From an uncultured Methanosarcinales archaeon (lineage in GTDB: Archaea; Nanobdellota; Nanobdellia; Woesearchaeales; CAYZNE01): a stretch of DNA of 61,782 bases. A program made the position numbers and the translations under genes. The notes beneath the pieces are model-generated. The model worked only from the letters and a program-made list of their open reading frames with translations, was not told the origin of the DNA and searched no databases. Below, in pieces: positions 27,591 through 37,689 of this stretch; position 1 is the stretch's first letter, and every line of letters starts with the position of its first letter. The stretch is from positions 1-61,782 of the forward strand of contig CAYONI010000005.1 of the NCBI GenBank assembly GCA_964405295.1, read 5' to 3'.

Positions 27591-29387
27591 CTAAGGCAAC
27601 TCACAAATTATATCAACAATAGTATAATCAGGGGTAGAACCCTCTGTCCACTCGTTAGTTGCAGGAACATATTTATATCCAATTAAATACTCAGCAGCAG
27701 TTCTACTAACATAATCTAGACCAAATTCTGCACAGAACGCATCACCAGTATAAACATTCACTGCATGAAACCGCATTATATCATTATAAGAATCCCAATT
27801 AGCATCAGGATTTTTACATGCTAAATAATCTCCCTGGGTACTTGTTGGGGGACAAGCATACATTGCACTTTCATCAGTATTTCCATCATAGATTCTTGGT
27901 CTAGAAAAAGTTATTGACCCATCATCATTTTCTGTACATTCTACCCAAATTAATTTACCATTAGTTGGACTACTATCACCATCTTGAACTCTTAAACCTG
28001 AAGTGGTTACAACCCCATCATATAAAAGAGTACTATCTCCATCAGCCCAGGTCAATCTTCCACGCCGATTAGTATTTGAGTCCACTGAAAACCTAGGGCA
28101 CTTAGCACTGGTAGTACCCACTCCAACAGCATTATCAACATACTGCTTGTTTGCTGCATCAGTATTAGAAGTCGGAGTCTGAACACCTGAAATTTTCCCA
28201 TAAACTTGTAAAGTCTTAGTAATAGAATCTAAAGACAGAAGATATTCATCTTCATCAGCCCAATAAAACTTCCCATTACTATGAAACCCAAACATTAACT
28301 CTTCACCTGCAACACCTTCATTAAAAGAGATTGCAGCATTCCCATGTAAATCATAGAACGCAATATCATTATTAAAACTATTATGCAAATAATTATTAAT
28401 AGGGTAATCAATCTTTAATCCTTTATTTAATAAAACTGCTTTATCAAATCTAGCAGAATAAGAATTACTTGGTTGCCAAATACAATTATGTTCTGCACAA
28501 CTTGTCTGACCTGAATGAGAACTACAAGGATTAGGAGTTCCTTCACAATTATTATGCTCAGTACAAGAATTTATACAATTAGGTTTATTTGGCACACAAC
28601 TAGAACCAGATACATAACAATAAACTTGATAATAAGTATCAGAACAATCTATATAAGGGGGATTAGGGCCATAAAACTTATAACATGCATCAACACCCCA
28701 CCAACATGGACCAAAATAGCCCCCACTACAACATTCTTCACATCTATCTTCAGTATTACAACTCTTTTTATTAGCAGTACAACTAGCAAGCTCCAAACTA
28801 CAACCACTATCACAATTACTTGATGAAAAATCTTCACATGCCCTTGTAACCTCGGGTTCAATACAAACTCCTGTACTACTATAATCAAAATAAGAATTAG
28901 CTCCTCCTGTTCCAATAATATCTAATTTAGAAATAGGGGTGTTTGTTCCAATACCTACCTGGGGAGTTACAACTTTTCCTTGGGCCCGAATAGTTCCATC
29001 TACATCAAGATCATAAAGAGGATATTGTTCTTTGATACCAACTTTCCCTATAGTATTAATATGGATACCTAAATTATCATTTGATTTAATTTCGATAGTA
29101 TCATCAGAATCTATATGAAGAGTATTCACATTATTTCCGTTACCTGTACTTGTGTCACAACTATCATCGTAAATCCAAGAATCATCACCTAACTGTAACT
29201 TACCCATACAATTGGGGCCTATATTAAATATTTCTGCGTCAACAATAACAGCTCCCTCACTAGTGGAAGACTTAATAAAATTAGTATATAATGTTGGATG
29301 ATAACTTACGCCCAGAGGAACAATTGCAGAAACACTAATTGATAATATGATTAAAAAAGCCAATGATAAGATAAATATTTTTTTCAT
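27591..29387 (-). CDS. Secreted fibre/adhesin-like surface protein with Cys-rich insert
   Basis: Signal peptide; GKVGI/VGIGTNTP repeats; DAANKQYVD motif; Cys-rich region. Confidence 0.75.
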   Translation of the reverse strand: MKKIFILSLAFLIILSISVSAIVPLGVSYHPTLYTNFIKSSTSEGAVIVDAEIFNIGPNCMGKLQLGDDSWIYDDSCDTSTGNGNNVNTLHIDSDDTIEIKSNDNLGIHINTIGKVGIKEQYPLYDLDVDGTIRAQGKVVTPQVGIGTNTPISKLDIIGTGGANSYFDYSSTGVCIEPEVTRACEDFSSSNCDSGCSLELASCTANKKSCNTEDRCEECCSGGYFGPCWWGVDACYKFYGPNPPYIDCSDTYYQVYCYVSGSSCVPNKPNCINSCTEHNNCEGTPNPCSSHSGQTSCAEHNCIWQPSNSYSARFDKAVLLNKGLKIDYPINNYLHNSFNNDIAFYDLHGNAAISFNEGVAGEELMFGFHSNGKFYWADEDEYLLSLDSITKTLQVYGKISGVQTPTSNTDAANKQYVDNAVGVGTTSAKCPRFSVDSNTNRRGRLTWADGDSTLLYDGVVTTSGLRVQDGDSSPTNGKLIWVECTENDDGSITFSRPRIYDGNTDESAMYACPPTSTQGDYLACKNPDANWDSYNDIMRFHAVNVYTGDAFCAEFGLDYVSRTAAEYLIGYKYVPATNEWTEGSTPDYTIVDIICELP

Positions 29388-29511
29388 TTCTTGACACCCC
29401 AAACAATAATCTATAACATATCTGAAAACATAGTTTAAAAGTTTTTCTAATTTTAGTCATAAAAACCATCAATAATTATATTTATAAAAGAAAACACTTT
29501 TCATAATAACT

Positions 29512-31287
29512 ATGACAGATAAAATAAGAAGCCCTATTGTATCAGTACTAGGACATGTAGATCATGGAAAATCAAGCATCCTAGATCAAGTTAGAGAATC
29601 TAATATTCTAAAAACAGAAGCAGGAGCAATTACCCAAGCAATTGGTGCAAGTATTATTCCAATAGATATAATAAAAAAGAAATGTGGCAAACTTCTTGAT
29701 TCCCTAAAAATGGATTTTACAATTCCAGGATTATTAGTTATTGATACACCAGGTCATGCTGCATTCACTTCACTACGAAAAAGAGGAGGTGCACTTGCAG
29801 ACATAGCAATTGTGGTTATTGATATTAATGAAGGATTTAAACCTCAAACTATTGAAGCAATTGAAATCCTAAAATCAAGCAAAACCCCTTTTATAATTGC
29901 AGCAAATAAACTAGACTTAATCCCAAGATTCAAAACAGAAAATAAAGGTTTATTAGAATTAATTAATTCACAAGAACCTGAAGTTCTAACAAAAATAGAA
30001 ACAAAAATGTACGAAATTGTTGGGCAGCTTCATGAAAAATTTCAAATAGAAGCAGAAAGATTTGATAGGGTTGATTTCACAAAACAAGTTGCAATAGTTC
30101 CATGCTCTGCAAAACTAGGATTTGGAATTGCAGAATTAATGATGGTTGTTACAGGGCTTGCACAAAGATTTCTAGAACAAAATCTTCACATAAGTGTAGA
30201 TGGACCTGCAAAAGCAACTATTCTTGAAGTAAAAGAAGAACAGGGTTTTGGGAAAACAGTTGAACTTATACTCTATAATGGAAGCTTAAAGGTTAATGAT
30301 ACAATTGTTATTGGATCGGTTAGCGAACCAATTGTTACAAAAATAAGAGCTCTTCTTCAACCACTTCCACTTCAGGAAATGCGTGATAAGAAAAGCAAAT
30401 TTAAACAAGAAAAGCAAGTATTTGCTGCAACAGGAGTTAAAATAAGTGCACCAAATCTTGAAGGAGTAAGTTCAGGAATGCCACTAATCTCTTGTAACAA
30501 TACAGAAGAAGAAATAAAAAAAGCAAAACAAGAAGTTCAAGCAGAAGTTAATGAAGTTATGATTGAAACAGATAATGCGGGAATTGTTCTTAAAGCAGAT
30601 AATCTTGGTTCACTAGAAGCAATGATTCACCTTTTACAGGAAAAACAAGTTATGATAAAAAAAGCAACAATAGGAAATATTTCTAAAAAAGATATCATAG
30701 ATGCAGAAGCAAATTTTGAAGAAGACCCAAAAAACTGTGTTATCCTTGCATTCAATTCTAAACTTGACACAAATTATATTTCAGAGCACGTTAAAATAAT
30801 TTCAAGCAATATCATATATAAAATTCTTGATGATTATGAATCCTATATTGAAGGACAAAATAAAAAAGAACAAGAAGAAAAATTAAATAAATTAGTTAGA
30901 CCAGGAAAAGTTGAATTTCTTCAAAACTGTACTTTTAGACAAAGTAATCCTGCTGTTATTGGAGTTGAAATTATTGCGGGAATGCTAAGAACAGGGAATA
31001 GTTTAGTGAACGCTGATTCAGGTAAAAGCATTGGAACAATAAAGAGCATTCAAAAAAATAAAGACTCAGTTAACAAATGTAAACTCAGAGACCGAGTTGC
31101 ATTAAGCATTCCTCATTTAACAATTGGAAGACAAGCAAATGAAGGAGAGATTTTTCTAGTTGATATTCCTGAAAATGATTTTAGAGAATTAAAAAAGTGG
31201 GCAAAATTTCTAACAAGAGAAGAAAAAGCAGCGCTGAAAGAACTTGCTGAACTTAAAAGAAAGGAATTCCCTGTTTGGGGAGTTTAG
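29512..31287 (+). CDS. infB: Translation initiation factor aIF5B (IF-2)
   Basis: IRSPIVSVLGHVDHGKS, DTPGH, NKLD. Confidence 0.97.
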   Translation: MTDKIRSPIVSVLGHVDHGKSSILDQVRESNILKTEAGAITQAIGASIIPIDIIKKKCGKLLDSLKMDFTIPGLLVIDTPGHAAFTSLRKRGGALADIAIVVIDINEGFKPQTIEAIEILKSSKTPFIIAANKLDLIPRFKTENKGLLELINSQEPEVLTKIETKMYEIVGQLHEKFQIEAERFDRVDFTKQVAIVPCSAKLGFGIAELMMVVTGLAQRFLEQNLHISVDGPAKATILEVKEEQGFGKTVELILYNGSLKVNDTIVIGSVSEPIVTKIRALLQPLPLQEMRDKKSKFKQEKQVFAATGVKISAPNLEGVSSGMPLISCNNTEEEIKKAKQEVQAEVNEVMIETDNAGIVLKADNLGSLEAMIHLLQEKQVMIKKATIGNISKKDIIDAEANFEEDPKNCVILAFNSKLDTNYISEHVKIISSNIIYKILDDYESYIEGQNKKEQEEKLNKLVRPGKVEFLQNCTFRQSNPAVIGVEIIAGMLRTGNSLVNADSGKSIGTIKSIQKNKDSVNKCKLRDRVALSIPHLTIGRQANEGEIFLVDIPENDFRELKKWAKFLTREEKAALKELAELKRKEFPVWGV

Positions 31288-32321
31288 TTAGGATAAGCTT
31301 TATCATACAAATCCTTATTTTCTTCTATCTTTGCACGCAGTGGTGCAATTAGCTTAATAACTTCTTCTGCAAGACCTTGTTTCAGATCAACAGATACAAG
31401 TTTCTTTGATGCAAAAGCTTTCTCAACTTCTTCATAAGTTTTGAAAGTTATTTTTCCACCATATTGTTTTGGTCTATCTATAATAAATTCTCGTCCCTCA
31501 AAATTTAATTTAACAAAAATAATATGTTTTAATATTGCAAGAAGACCATTACCTTCGACTTGGCCATCTACAGAAAATGCTTTGTTAATTTTTTTCTTTA
31601 TTATCTTATCAGAATCATCAAAATCTATTTTTGAATTAGGTTCTGAAGACGACATTTTGCCAGATTCACTAAGACCAGGAATTAGAGGGCTCATTAAATG
31701 TATTCTTTTTTCATAACCAATTTTTGGTAAAAATTCCCGAGCAAACATAAATATCTTTCTTTGATCAAGACCACCAAACTGTGCATCAACACCCAAGTAT
31801 TGTTCGTCAAGAGCTTGTAGAATTGGGTAAAGCAATCCAGACATCTTTGGAGTTTCAACTTGTTTAACAACTTCTGCTCCTGCTCTTTGAGTGTCCCTTG
31901 TGGATGCAATTGCAGACAATTTATACATGTCAAGAGTATATTCTGGTTTTGTCTGAAAATCTTTTCCCATAACAAAATTTAATTTATCCAAAGGCACATT
32001 CATTGATTTCAACATTTCCTTCATAATAAATTCATAGTAATCAGTTTTATGTTTAAGCAATTCCCAGGAAGCTTTCATATTATCTAGATATGCATGAAGA
32101 GTTGCAAACAACATTGTAACTTCACATTCTGCTTTTAGAAAATCTCCTAATTTTAATATCCAAACGAAATAACCAAGATGCGGCTTGCCAGTAGGTGCAG
32201 TACCAATATAAAGTTTCAAATCTCTTTGTTTTAAGATCTCTTTTAACTTTTCTTCACCCACAACTTCTTTTAGGTTTTTGGTTATTAATTCGTATTTCTC
32301 ATCTGGGTTCATAATATTCAC
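31284..32321 (-). CDS. tyrS: Tyrosine--tRNA ligase
   Basis: HLGY, YPILQALDE, AQFGGLDQRKI, KMSSS. Confidence 0.97.
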   Translation of the reverse strand: MNIMNPDEKYELITKNLKEVVGEEKLKEILKQRDLKLYIGTAPTGKPHLGYFVWILKLGDFLKAECEVTMLFATLHAYLDNMKASWELLKHKTDYYEFIMKEMLKSMNVPLDKLNFVMGKDFQTKPEYTLDMYKLSAIASTRDTQRAGAEVVKQVETPKMSGLLYPILQALDEQYLGVDAQFGGLDQRKIFMFAREFLPKIGYEKRIHLMSPLIPGLSESGKMSSSEPNSKIDFDDSDKIIKKKINKAFSVDGQVEGNGLLAILKHIIFVKLNFEGREFIIDRPKQYGGKITFKTYEEVEKAFASKKLVSVDLKQGLAEEVIKLIAPLRAKIEENKDLYDKAYPN

Positions 32322-32434
32322 CTATAAGAAAACAATTATGCATTAATGTTTAAAAAGTTAGTCCTTAATAAAAATTACAAACCATAACATTTAAAAATTA
32401 GCACAATGTAAAAAGCAATTATAGGGGTGTAGTA

Positions 32435-33127
32435 ATGCATATAAATTTGTTTACAAAAATTAAACCAAACGCAACAGTCATTTGTGGATTTCCAGGATTT
32501 GGGCTAATAGGAACAATAACAACTGAATTCTTAATTGAACATCTAAATGCAGTAGAGGTAGGAGTATTTAATTATGAAGAAGTTCCACCAACACTCGCAA
32601 TCCATCAAGGTAAAATAGTTAAACCAATGGCAGTTTATTACGATAAAAAACATAATATTGTAATTATTCATGTAATGATATCAACAAAAGGAATTGAATG
32701 GAAAATAGCAGACTGTATCGCAAAATTAGTTAAAGAAATTAAAGCAAAAGAAGTAATTAATCTTGAAGGAGTTGCTGCACCACCAAAACAAAAAAATATT
32801 GAGTTTTATTATGTTGGCAATCACAAACTTTCTGATTTCGGATTAAAACCCTTAAAAGAAAGTATTGTTTTAGGTATTATTGCAGGATTAATGTTAAGAA
32901 TTAAAAATATTAATGCAATATTCGCAAGTACAACTTCAAAATTACCTGATAGTAAAGCATCAGCAAAAGTAATTGAGGTTCTTGATAAATATCTAAAACT
33001 TAATGTTGATTATAAACCACTGCTTAAGCAAGCAGAAGTTTTTGAAGAAAAACTAAAAAAAATAATTGACAGAAGCAATACTGCAATTCGAACAGTGAAA
33101 AACAGCGATATGAACTATGTAGGATAG
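32435..33127 (+). CDS. PAC2 family (proteasome assembly chaperone-like) protein
   Basis: GFPGFGLIGTITTEFLIEHL, PDSKAS, LLKQAE. Confidence 0.9.
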   Translation: MHINLFTKIKPNATVICGFPGFGLIGTITTEFLIEHLNAVEVGVFNYEEVPPTLAIHQGKIVKPMAVYYDKKHNIVIIHVMISTKGIEWKIADCIAKLVKEIKAKEVINLEGVAAPPKQKNIEFYYVGNHKLSDFGLKPLKESIVLGIIAGLMLRIKNINAIFASTTSKLPDSKASAKVIEVLDKYLKLNVDYKPLLKQAEVFEEKLKKIIDRSNTAIRTVKNSDMNYVG

Positions 33128-33179
33128 ATTTTTAAATAGAATGTTATTTCTAAAAGCATATTAAATCGAGGTAAATATA

Positions 33180-33755
33180 ATGGTAAATGTAAAAAAAGGA
33201 GACCTAGTTCAAGTGAACTATGTTGGTAAATTTGAATCGGGCGAAATCTTTGATCAAAGCAAAGATAAACCTCTAGAATTCATCGCAGGAGAAAAAATGG
33301 TTGTTAAAGGATTTGATGAAGCAATCATTGGAATGGCAAAAGCAGAAAAAAAAGTAATAACAATCAAACCTGCAGATGGATATGGTGATTCTAATCCTGC
33401 ACTAACTCAAGAAGTTCCAAAAGAAGCTTTTGGAGATAAAGTTGGTCAATTAGAAGAAGGTGTAGTTATAGGACTTCAACATCCTAATGCACCAGGCCAA
33501 ATGATGCCTGCAAAAGTAACTAAAATTGAAAAAGACAAAATTCATCTTGATCTAAATCATCCTCTTGCAGGAAAAACTCTTATCTTTGATTTAGAAGTTG
33601 TTGATTTTCATGAAGCAACAGATGAGGATAAGAAAAAGTTTATGCCACCAAAACCACCACAAGCTGCACCTGAAGATAAAGCAGAAGAAAAAAAGGAAGA
33701 TTCTCCAGAAGAAAGTTGTGATGGAGATTGCGCTGGTTGTGGACATAAGCATTAA
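33180..33755 (+). CDS. slyD: FKBP-type peptidyl-prolyl isomerase (SlyD-like)
   Basis: GDLVQVNYVG, LDLNHPLAGKTL; Cys/His tail. Confidence 0.9.
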   Translation: MVNVKKGDLVQVNYVGKFESGEIFDQSKDKPLEFIAGEKMVVKGFDEAIIGMAKAEKKVITIKPADGYGDSNPALTQEVPKEAFGDKVGQLEEGVVIGLQHPNAPGQMMPAKVTKIEKDKIHLDLNHPLAGKTLIFDLEVVDFHEATDEDKKKFMPPKPPQAAPEDKAEEKKEDSPEESCDGDCAGCGHKH

Positions 33756-33759
33756 TTAA

Positions 33760-34161
33760 TTATTTTTTTATTTCTTTTTTTATTTTAAGAAAGAATTCTT
33801 TTGCTTTGGGATAAGTTAATATGTTATGAACTTCATCTATAGGAACCCATTTAGCTTCTGAGTTTTCAGCATCATGTGAGGTTAATTTATTTTGTGTAGT
33901 TGTAAAATATAATATAACTATGTTTTTTCTAACATCTGAGCTTTTCCTTGAACCTCGTTGATATGAGCCTAATTCTTTGATGAAAGTTAAATCAGATATA
34001 CCTGTTTCTTCAAAGATTTCTCTTTTTGCAGATTCTAATTTAGTTTCTCCATCATCAATATGCCCTTTTGGTAAAGCCCAACTATCAGTTTTATCTTGAT
34101 ATACAACAAGTATTTTGTCTTTATTGACTACAAGTCCCCCTGAGCTAAATTCATCTATCAC
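33760..34161 (-). CDS. NUDIX hydrolase
   Basis: PKGHIDDGETKLESAKREIFEETG. Confidence 0.95.
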   Translation of the reverse strand: MIDEFSSGGLVVNKDKILVVYQDKTDSWALPKGHIDDGETKLESAKREIFEETGISDLTFIKELGSYQRGSRKSSDVRKNIVILYFTTTQNKLTSHDAENSEAKWVPIDEVHNILTYPKAKEFFLKIKKEIKK

Positions 34162-34216
34162 AAAATAATAATAGAGAGAAGTAATTTATTAAGTTTTTCT
34201 TTTATTTTAAGAAAAA

Positions 34217-34801
34217 CTATTTTATCTTAAACAAAGGCTTTTTATGTTTTAGAAGCCAATCTTTTCTTAATAAACCCCAATTATATTCATCTTTCCAAAT
34301 ATTTGTTTTTCTATCAAGATTTTTTTCTTTTGCAACACCTTCTAATTTAAAACCTAATTTGTATAAAACTTTTTGTGATGCAAAATTGTAAGGATTAGTA
34401 TCTGCAGTAATTTTATGCATTTTTACTTTACGAAATAAATAATCAACAAAACATTTTGAAGCTTCTGTAGCATAACCTTTGCCCCAATAATTCTCATGAA
34501 ATCCATAACAAAGTTCTCCTGCCAAATCCCTATACCAACTTAGATGACAGAATTCTAAATTTCCAATTAATTCATTGGTTTCTCTGAGAAAAACTCCAAG
34601 ATAATATCCATCCTCACCCTTATCAATTATTCTTTTTAGATATTTTTCAGCTTGTTCAATTGTTTTTATGGGTTTTCCTCTGGTTTCCCAATTCATCCTA
34701 GAACAAATTCTAGCATCTTTCAGAGTAAAAGGTCTCATAAATAATCTTTTAGATTCTAATTTTGGCGCTTTACGCACTAACTTTTTATCTGGGAATATCA
34801 T
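34217..34801 (-). CDS. GNAT N-acetyltransferase (RimJ/RimL-like)
   Basis: LESKRL, YWGKGYATEA, NFASQKVLYKLGF. Confidence 0.92.
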   Translation of the reverse strand: MIFPDKKLVRKAPKLESKRLFMRPFTLKDARICSRMNWETRGKPIKTIEQAEKYLKRIIDKGEDGYYLGVFLRETNELIGNLEFCHLSWYRDLAGELCYGFHENYWGKGYATEASKCFVDYLFRKVKMHKITADTNPYNFASQKVLYKLGFKLEGVAKEKNLDRKTNIWKDEYNWGLLRKDWLLKHKKPLFKIK

Positions 34802-34816
34802 TTTATTAATACACCT

Positions 34817-35380
34817 TTATTCTAAGAAAACTTTATGTTTTTCATTACCTTCTAACTCAAGCATAATTCTTTTGAAAATTACTGCTTCAGGATCAGGCAT
34901 TAAATTTACTCTTTTCTTTATGTCTGCAAAATCTTTAAAATCTTCAACTTTTCTCTCTTCAAGTAATTCACGAACATGCTTTTTACCAACACTAGGTAAT
35001 AATTCAAGAGAGTGCATTCTAATGCTTAGGGGTTGAGCCTTATTAAAAAATTCTACAAATCTAGGTTCATTTTTACTTATAAGACTTTTAATAATAGTTA
35101 TTAACTCTTGTTTCGCAGTTTGAGTTAATCTATCAAGATTTATTCTTCCATTAATATGGTGTATATCATCTCTTTTACCTTCACCAATATAAACTTCTGC
35201 TAAGGGTTGCAAAAAGACTTCTTTTCTTGGAACCAATTCAAGTATAGTAAAGTTAGAAGTTCCTATAGCTTGAGCTATTGAAGTTCTTCTATGTAAGGGA
35301 GTTTTATCAAAAGGATAACCATTTGGTAAAAAATCCAAAACAATTGCAGTTTCTTCTTTACTTGTTCTTTTTTGTTCCAT
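34817..35380 (-). CDS. DUF655 family putative RNA-binding protein
   Basis: VLDFLPNG, AQAIG..FTILEL, RMHSLELLP. Confidence 0.9.
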   Translation of the reverse strand: MEQKRTSKEETAIVLDFLPNGYPFDKTPLHRRTSIAQAIGTSNFTILELVPRKEVFLQPLAEVYIGEGKRDDIHHINGRINLDRLTQTAKQELITIIKSLISKNEPRFVEFFNKAQPLSIRMHSLELLPSVGKKHVRELLEERKVEDFKDFADIKKRVNLMPDPEAVIFKRIMLELEGNEKHKVFLE

Positions 35381-35477
35381 TTTATAGTTTTTAGTTCGGG
35401 TATTTATTAATCTAACTATTCTTATTTATAAACCATTATTATAAAGAAAAAGAAAATCAAACATAACTTTCAAATGA

Positions 35478-35906
35478 TTATTTCTTCTGTTTGGTGCTTT
35501 TAGCGCTTGACTTAATTTTTGGTAAAGGCACAGGAGAAGGTAGATTCATTGAGTTGCTTAAAATTAATGATTCAACATAGCATTTATTCAATAATGAATT
35601 AAGTATTTTCTGTGCGATCAATGTAGGCAACTTCTTATCCTTCTTCCACTTATCTAAAGCTTCTTTAGTTTTATCATCTTCCAAAAGTTCAATAGCATTA
35701 CCTTTTAATTCTATTATCCCAACTTCTGGTTCAAACTTACATGTAAAAACGAATTCTACATTTAAAGCAGTCTTTTTGTCAATGAAATTAACTTTTGCTT
35801 CTTTAATATCAACAAAATGAATATTATTAGTAATTTTAATCCCGCCTTTGACAGCTTTCTTTTTCTCAACATTTATTTTTGTGAAGTTAAACCCAATTAG
35901 AGCCAT
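35478..35906 (-). CDS. Conserved archaeal protein (SecB-like fold possible)
   Basis: IGFNFTKINVEK...NLPSPVPLP. Confidence 0.7.
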   Translation of the reverse strand: MALIGFNFTKINVEKKKAVKGGIKITNNIHFVDIKEAKVNFIDKKTALNVEFVFTCKFEPEVGIIELKGNAIELLEDDKTKEALDKWKKDKKLPTLIAQKILNSLLNKCYVESLILSNSMNLPSPVPLPKIKSSAKSTKQKK

Positions 35907-36022
35907 TTTTTATCCCTCATAAATTTTATATCTAATATTTGAACGAACATAGTCTTATTTATATACTTTGTGCTTTAGATTTTATAAAAAGCTTTATTAA
36001 TGATAAGAGGTAAAATAGACCT

Positions 36023-36271
36023 ATGAGACTAGATAATCCACTACGTAGATATGCTGAAAAAATAAATTCACCAAGTAATGTTCTTGATTATGAAAAAAAA
36101 TTTTCACTACCTGAAAAAATATTTAATGTAGAATCAGGATGCCCTATATGTTATTCCAATATTAAAGGAAACAGGAATATGGGATTTCACTGTGAAAAAT
36201 GCAATTTAATTTTCACAGAAAAAAATATCGTAGATACAAAGAAAATAATAAACACGAAAAAAATGAAATAA
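36023..36271 (+). CDS. Small zinc-ribbon protein
   Basis: CPIC...FHCEKC. Confidence 0.7.
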   Translation: MRLDNPLRRYAEKINSPSNVLDYEKKFSLPEKIFNVESGCPICYSNIKGNRNMGFHCEKCNLIFTEKNIVDTKKIINTKKMK

Positions 36272-37582
36272 TTATATTTCTATAGTATCACCAACTTCTG
36301 GGCCATAAATCTTTGTTGATTTAGGAAGATTTAATTTTGCCCATTCACAAACTGCATTAACTGCTTCAACATCTCCATGTTGGACAATTAGAGTTTTTGG
36401 TTGCATTAATTTAAGGTATTTGAAAATTTCTTCTCTTCCAAGATGACCTGAAAAAGAGAATTGTTTAACTTTACATTTTACTTCGGTTTTCCAACCTTTA
36501 ATATAAACAGAATTTTGTTCTAAAAGCATTCTTCCATTAGTATGTTTACATTGATAACCAACTAAAAATATTGCATTTTTAGGATTATGCCACATATGTT
36601 TAATATAATGAAGAACTGGTCCACCTTGAATCATTCCAGAAGTTGTTAAAATTATTTTTGGAGTTGTACTTTTTGCAATTCTATTTCTATCATTTTGAGA
36701 CAAAACAAATTTACTTTTAATAAAAAACATTTTACTCAAAATTTTCTGATTCTGAATATATTTACCTGAACCTGTAAGAACTTTTCTTGTAATTTTATTA
36801 CACATTCCATCAAAATATAATGGAGCTCTGAAACTTTTATCTTTATACAAATCATTTAACATGATTAGAAGCTCTTGTGCTCTTCCAAGTGCAAAAGTTG
36901 GAATAACAACACTCCCACCGTTGTTAATTGTTGTTTTAATATCATCAATTAATTCTTTACCAATCATTGGAGTTTTTGGCAGTCCTCTATAACCATATGT
37001 ACTTTCAACTATTAAAACATCAAGTTTACCTGCAAGCTCTTTATGATCCATTTCAGTCATAAGGTTTGTTGGTCTTGAGTTAATGTCTCCAGTATAAAGA
37101 ATTTTTTTATTATCTGATTCAATATATATAGATGCACTTCCAGGAATATGCCCTGCATTCAGAAATTTAAATTTTATTTTTCTAAAATCATACTCTTTAT
37201 CAAATTTCACAATTCTTGCTCGCTTGATAGACCTTTTAACATCAGCTCTTTCATATGCAGGATGAAGATGTTTTATTCTTGCAATTTTATATGAATCTTT
37301 AAGAAGAATTTTTGTTATTGCAATAGTTGGCTGTGTTGCAAAAATAGGAGGTAATAATTTCTTATGAAAAAGCAATGGTAATGCACCAGAATGATCAAGA
37401 TGTGCATGACTAAGAAACAATCCGTCTAAACCCTTAAGATCATCTATGACTTTTGGATAATCATATCCATGATTCTTGAATTTTATACCTGCATCAAGAA
37501 GATATTGATCGCCATGGTCAGTTACCATTTCAATACAACTTCTGCCAACTTCTTTAGCACCACCGTGGAATATTAATTTCAT
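36272..37582 (-). CDS. MBL-fold beta-CASP ribonuclease
   Basis: GGAKEVGRSC, SHAHLDH, AGHIPG, ESTYG, FSGH. Confidence 0.93.
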   Translation of the reverse strand: MKLIFHGGAKEVGRSCIEMVTDHGDQYLLDAGIKFKNHGYDYPKVIDDLKGLDGLFLSHAHLDHSGALPLLFHKKLLPPIFATQPTIAITKILLKDSYKIARIKHLHPAYERADVKRSIKRARIVKFDKEYDFRKIKFKFLNAGHIPGSASIYIESDNKKILYTGDINSRPTNLMTEMDHKELAGKLDVLIVESTYGYRGLPKTPMIGKELIDDIKTTINNGGSVVIPTFALGRAQELLIMLNDLYKDKSFRAPLYFDGMCNKITRKVLTGSGKYIQNQKILSKMFFIKSKFVLSQNDRNRIAKSTTPKIILTTSGMIQGGPVLHYIKHMWHNPKNAIFLVGYQCKHTNGRMLLEQNSVYIKGWKTEVKCKVKQFSFSGHLGREEIFKYLKLMQPKTLIVQHGDVEAVNAVCEWAKLNLPKSTKIYGPEVGDTIEI

Positions 37583-37689
37583 TTTCTTACCTCTTTAATT
37601 AAGATAACCTAATATTTAGAACATATCTTTATAAGTATTGTGGATTTTATTAAAAATTGATAACGCTTATAATAATTAATAAAAATTAA

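Noticed and set aside
27254..29204. DGR template/variable repeat pair
   Set aside because: The single mismatch is a synonymous T/C on the coding strand, not adenine-specific; the block is N-terminal; no reverse transcriptase in the window
29512..31287. Intein in aIF5B
   Set aside because: Length (591 aa) is normal and the G-domain motifs are contiguous
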